Source: Amoeboradix gromovi X-113 (taxonomy: Eukaryota; Fungi; Sanchytriomycota). Taken from it: a stretch of DNA of 32,000 nucleotides. The position numbers were made by a program, and so were the translations under genes. Below the pieces are notes generated by a model, which had not been told where the DNA came from, did no database searches, and worked only from the letters and a program-made list of their open reading frames with translations. Below, piece by piece: positions 29,269-32,000 of this stretch; position 1 is the stretch's first letter; every line of letters begins with the position of its first letter. The DNA is taken from contig JADGIF010000004.1 of NCBI GenBank assembly GCA_018985225.1, positions 1 to 32,000 of the forward strand, written 5' to 3'.

Positions 29269-29702
29269 TTTTTTTCGTGTTTCAAATAACGACGTTTTTA
29301 ACGACGATATATGAAAATACGCTTTAATTTGGGACACACTCTTCAAAAAATAATTCCAAACGGTAAACTAATCAGGCAGGCAGGTACCATATTTTATCAC
29401 CATTGCTTTAGGTAAAATATTGTTACTAATCCCCCTTTCTTCGATCTGAAATTTGGACTAAGCAAAGCCATATCCTTCTTCCTTCTGCATATACTAGTTT
29501 CTTGTGTGTGGTCCAGCAATGGCTTTTCTACTGCACTCGTCAATGTCGCCACCATATATAATTAATTTTTCTTTTTCTTAAATCGTATTTCATATCCTTG
29601 GACCATATAAGTCAAATCCTAGTCACTACAGTTTCCTGGTGATGCAATAGACTGGCAGGACACGCGTATAGTTCAGGCACATTTTGATGGAATATTACAT
29701 AT

Positions 29703-30107
29703 GGGACATCAAATATAAAAACTGGACTAACTTTCTGTAACAACTTGGAATATTATTTAAGAGGCGAGTGGAAATTCAGCTAGTTGCGGAGTTGACGAGT
29801 ATAAAAGGAAAATAAATAACTTTTTGTATCGAAATTTCAAAAATAAATATTTTGTACAGCTATTCTCTTACTCTTTCATCCAATCTTTAGAAAAGAGTAC
29901 CGTCTAAGAAAATGCACCTTTTGCTTAGATGCTCAAAGACCTCATATATTTGAACGAGATGTAGGGTCTTCTAGTTTTATTTTAAAAAGAGGAATACAAT
30001 TAATGAAAGAAAATTGGTATAATAGAAGATCTTTTGTTAATGATAGCATTTCCTCCGTATGGAGCATCTTTAAAAACGACTTAGTCTAGTTTTATATTTG
30101 GTGTCCC
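29703..30107 (+). mobile_element. TIR family B copy 3, short deletion derivative with intact flanks
   Basis: CATAT|GGGACATCAAATATAAAAACTGGACTAA...TTAGTCTAGTTTTATATTTGGTGTCCC|ATATC. ATAT (or TA) on both sides. Deletion junction at ~29888/29889 relative to copy 1. Confidence 0.9.
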
Positions 30108-30259
30108 ATATCTAGTAATTGATAGTTTCTTTTATTTTACAATCCACTGTTATCTGCGGTTTGATTTTGTGGAGCTTGTCACATTTCATACATTAAAAAT
30201 AAAACACTAACGATATTTTATTAGGACAAAGAGGCTAACGATGTTCTTAAATCAATTAT

Positions 30260-32000
30260 TTATTTGCCTAATGGAATATAGGCATAAGGATCCAGTTGGC
30301 CACTCTTTTTGACATCACCCTTTCCTTTTTTGCTTCTATACGCCTTTCCAATTGTGTCAGAAAACTTGACCTTACGTTTCTTGCTGTTATTCTTTTTCAA
30401 TTTGCTTTTGACTTCTGGATCATCTTCAAATTCTTCGTCATGCTGCTTTCTCTTTTTGTTCATATTTTGAAAAGTGACAGTCGTTCCCCTTCTGCTACCC
30501 ATTTCTCTTGAGGTCATCAATTCCTTGATCAAATCTTCAGGGTTGTTCTCAATCACCTCTTCCTTATACTCATCTTCATTTATTACATATTTCCCATCTA
30601 GCTGCTTAAACATGCTTTCTAATGTACCAAGGTCCTTTTTGTCTTTTATTTCAAATGGAATATCATTAATGTCTAACACGTCAATGTCGTTTAATGTAAC
30701 TTTATCAAAAACAGTTTTGTTTGTTTTTGCGGTAAATACGCTATTGCCATCAAATGCAATATCATTGAATTCCTTATCAAATTTTACCACAGTCTTATCG
30801 CCATTCGTTTGAGTCCTCTCCATTTTTCGCTGCTCCTTTACAATATTACTTATAGATTTGTGGTACTCCGTGGGCATTATCTCTAACAACTCTGTTCTAC
30901 TAATCTTTTTTAGTAATCGTTGCATTAACTGTTTTATCTTGTTCCTGTCCTGCATTAAGCTAAAATCAGGACCAATCTTGCGCAGGACAGCCTTGATGTC
31001 TGCAGTATCTACGATACTTAGCATAATTTTAATGTATATAAATATTGATTTAGTAATTGCCTTTTGATTGCTTTTATAGTAATGGCGAATTGCGTCATAT
31101 ATGTTCATCAAGTACTGGGAATCTAAATTAGATTTTGAAGCATATATTGCTCTACTTAGCGCCAGGATACTAGCACTGATAAAAATGGTTTTAGAGTTGA
31201 CCATTCCTGCCGCAATGACATTTATGAAGTCTTCTATTTTACCCAATTTGCTGTATCCAAGGCACATTAGATTTATGGCATTCAGGGCAGAAGTTCTAGC
31301 CTTTTCGCTATTCTCTTTGGTAGCATAAATAATTTCTGATATTAGCTTTAAAAATTCATCATTTGGTTCCACAACATACCAGTCATCAGGTATATTTTGG
31401 ACAATAATCTCAAGAACTCTACATCTTTCTTTTCTAGCCAAACACTTTTGATGATCTACTTGGGAAATCGTGTTCATTGCAGTATCTATTCCTAAACTTG
31501 GAATCAATGGCTCTAACAAACGATAGCCTTTCTTTTGAAGCTTTGGATCCCTCATCAACAGAAGTTGCTTTGCAGTCGAATAAAAGTGGCTCGAATCCGA
31601 AAAGGCCGCTAAAATGACCAGAATATCGCAAATGTCTAAAATTTTGTCAACATTGGTTGTTGAATCATCCTGCATTAAATCGGACGACTGTGATTTAATA
31701 AATGATCCAATCTGACTAATAGCCGGAGTACAAATTTGCTGCAATACATCTTGAGGGCAAGTAGGGACTATTGCAATAATTGCTGACTTGAGGAATGTCT
31801 TGAGACTTGGATCTACCGAATCAAGATATTTATTTAACAACGTTGGCATTACAAACTTCATGCTACTGGAAAAGTACAACTTAGTCTTGGTGATTTCATC
31901 TGATATACCAGCTAGCAATAGTGCTTGGTCTGGAGTTAATTCGTTGTTCGTAATTTTGTCATACGACTGCTTTATTTTGATAAGAACAAGAGATATGAAC
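30260..32000 (-). CDS. RRP12: Ribosome biogenesis HEAT protein RRP12 (5' end outside window)
   Basis: QKKGYRLL, EII.ATKE.SEKAR and terminal YRSKKGKGDVKKSGQLDPYAYIPL. The frame is open to the window edge. Confidence 0.9.
   Translation of the reverse strand, partial: FISLVLIKIKQSYDKITNNELTPDQALLLAGISDEITKTKLYFSSSMKFVMPTLLNKYLDSVDPSLKTFLKSAIIAIVPTCPQDVLQQICTPAISQIGSFIKSQSSDLMQDDSTTNVDKILDICDILVILAAFSDSSHFYSTAKQLLLMRDPKLQKKGYRLLEPLIPSLGIDTAMNTISQVDHQKCLARKERCRVLEIIVQNIPDDWYVVEPNDEFLKLISEIIYATKENSEKARTSALNAINLMCLGYSKLGKIEDFINVIAAGMVNSKTIFISASILALSRAIYASKSNLDSQYLMNIYDAIRHYYKSNQKAITKSIFIYIKIMLSIVDTADIKAVLRKIGPDFSLMQDRNKIKQLMQRLLKKISRTELLEIMPTEYHKSISNIVKEQRKMERTQTNGDKTVVKFDKEFNDIAFDGNSVFTAKTNKTVFDKVTLNDIDVLDINDIPFEIKDKKDLGTLESMFKQLDGKYVINEDEYKEEVIENNPEDLIKELMTSREMGSRRGTTVTFQNMNKKRKQHDEEFEDDPEVKSKLKKNNSKKRKVKFSDTIGKAYRSKKGKGDVKKSGQLDPYAYIPLGK

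Noticed and set aside
591-31631. Short ORFs antisense to or nested in long genes and elements (e.g. 591-917, 4548-4781, 6783-7259, 8552-8935, 10235-10639, 19881-20231, 27172-27498, 30474-30812)
   Set aside because: Shadow frames of real genes or repeats, with no motifs of their own.

Overview
Gene-dense, AT-rich, almost intron-free eukaryotic DNA. A compact protist or early-diverging fungus is my inference; the taxon cannot be fixed from this window. Host genes: SWP1/RPN2-like, TVP38, TRAPPC11/10-like, a secreted Lys/Gly-repeat protein, SMC1 head-to-head with MAD2, an unknown ~1000-aa protein, ERF4/GOLGA7-like, UTP20, a two-RRM protein, RALGAPB-like (two ORFs joined by a 19-nt intron) and RRP12 (cut by the window edge). 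Intergenic space holds relics of three distinct Fanzor/TnpB elements. (A) A Fanzor1 pseudogene with a structured omegaRNA-like 3' end, abutting a KilA-N gene. (B) Four copies of a ~29-bp TIR family; the three two-ended copies keep a ~220-nt right end. (C) Two IS607-like copies: one with a recombinase HTH plus a Fanzor2 piece, one left end only. The most unusual signal is at 1-620: the variable loop of the KilA-N gene is encoded by a quasi-palindrome, and three non-coding variants of that palindrome plus its conserved flank lie in tandem just upstream, like a donor-cassette or operator array. All protein names come from recognising motifs by eye, not from database searches.
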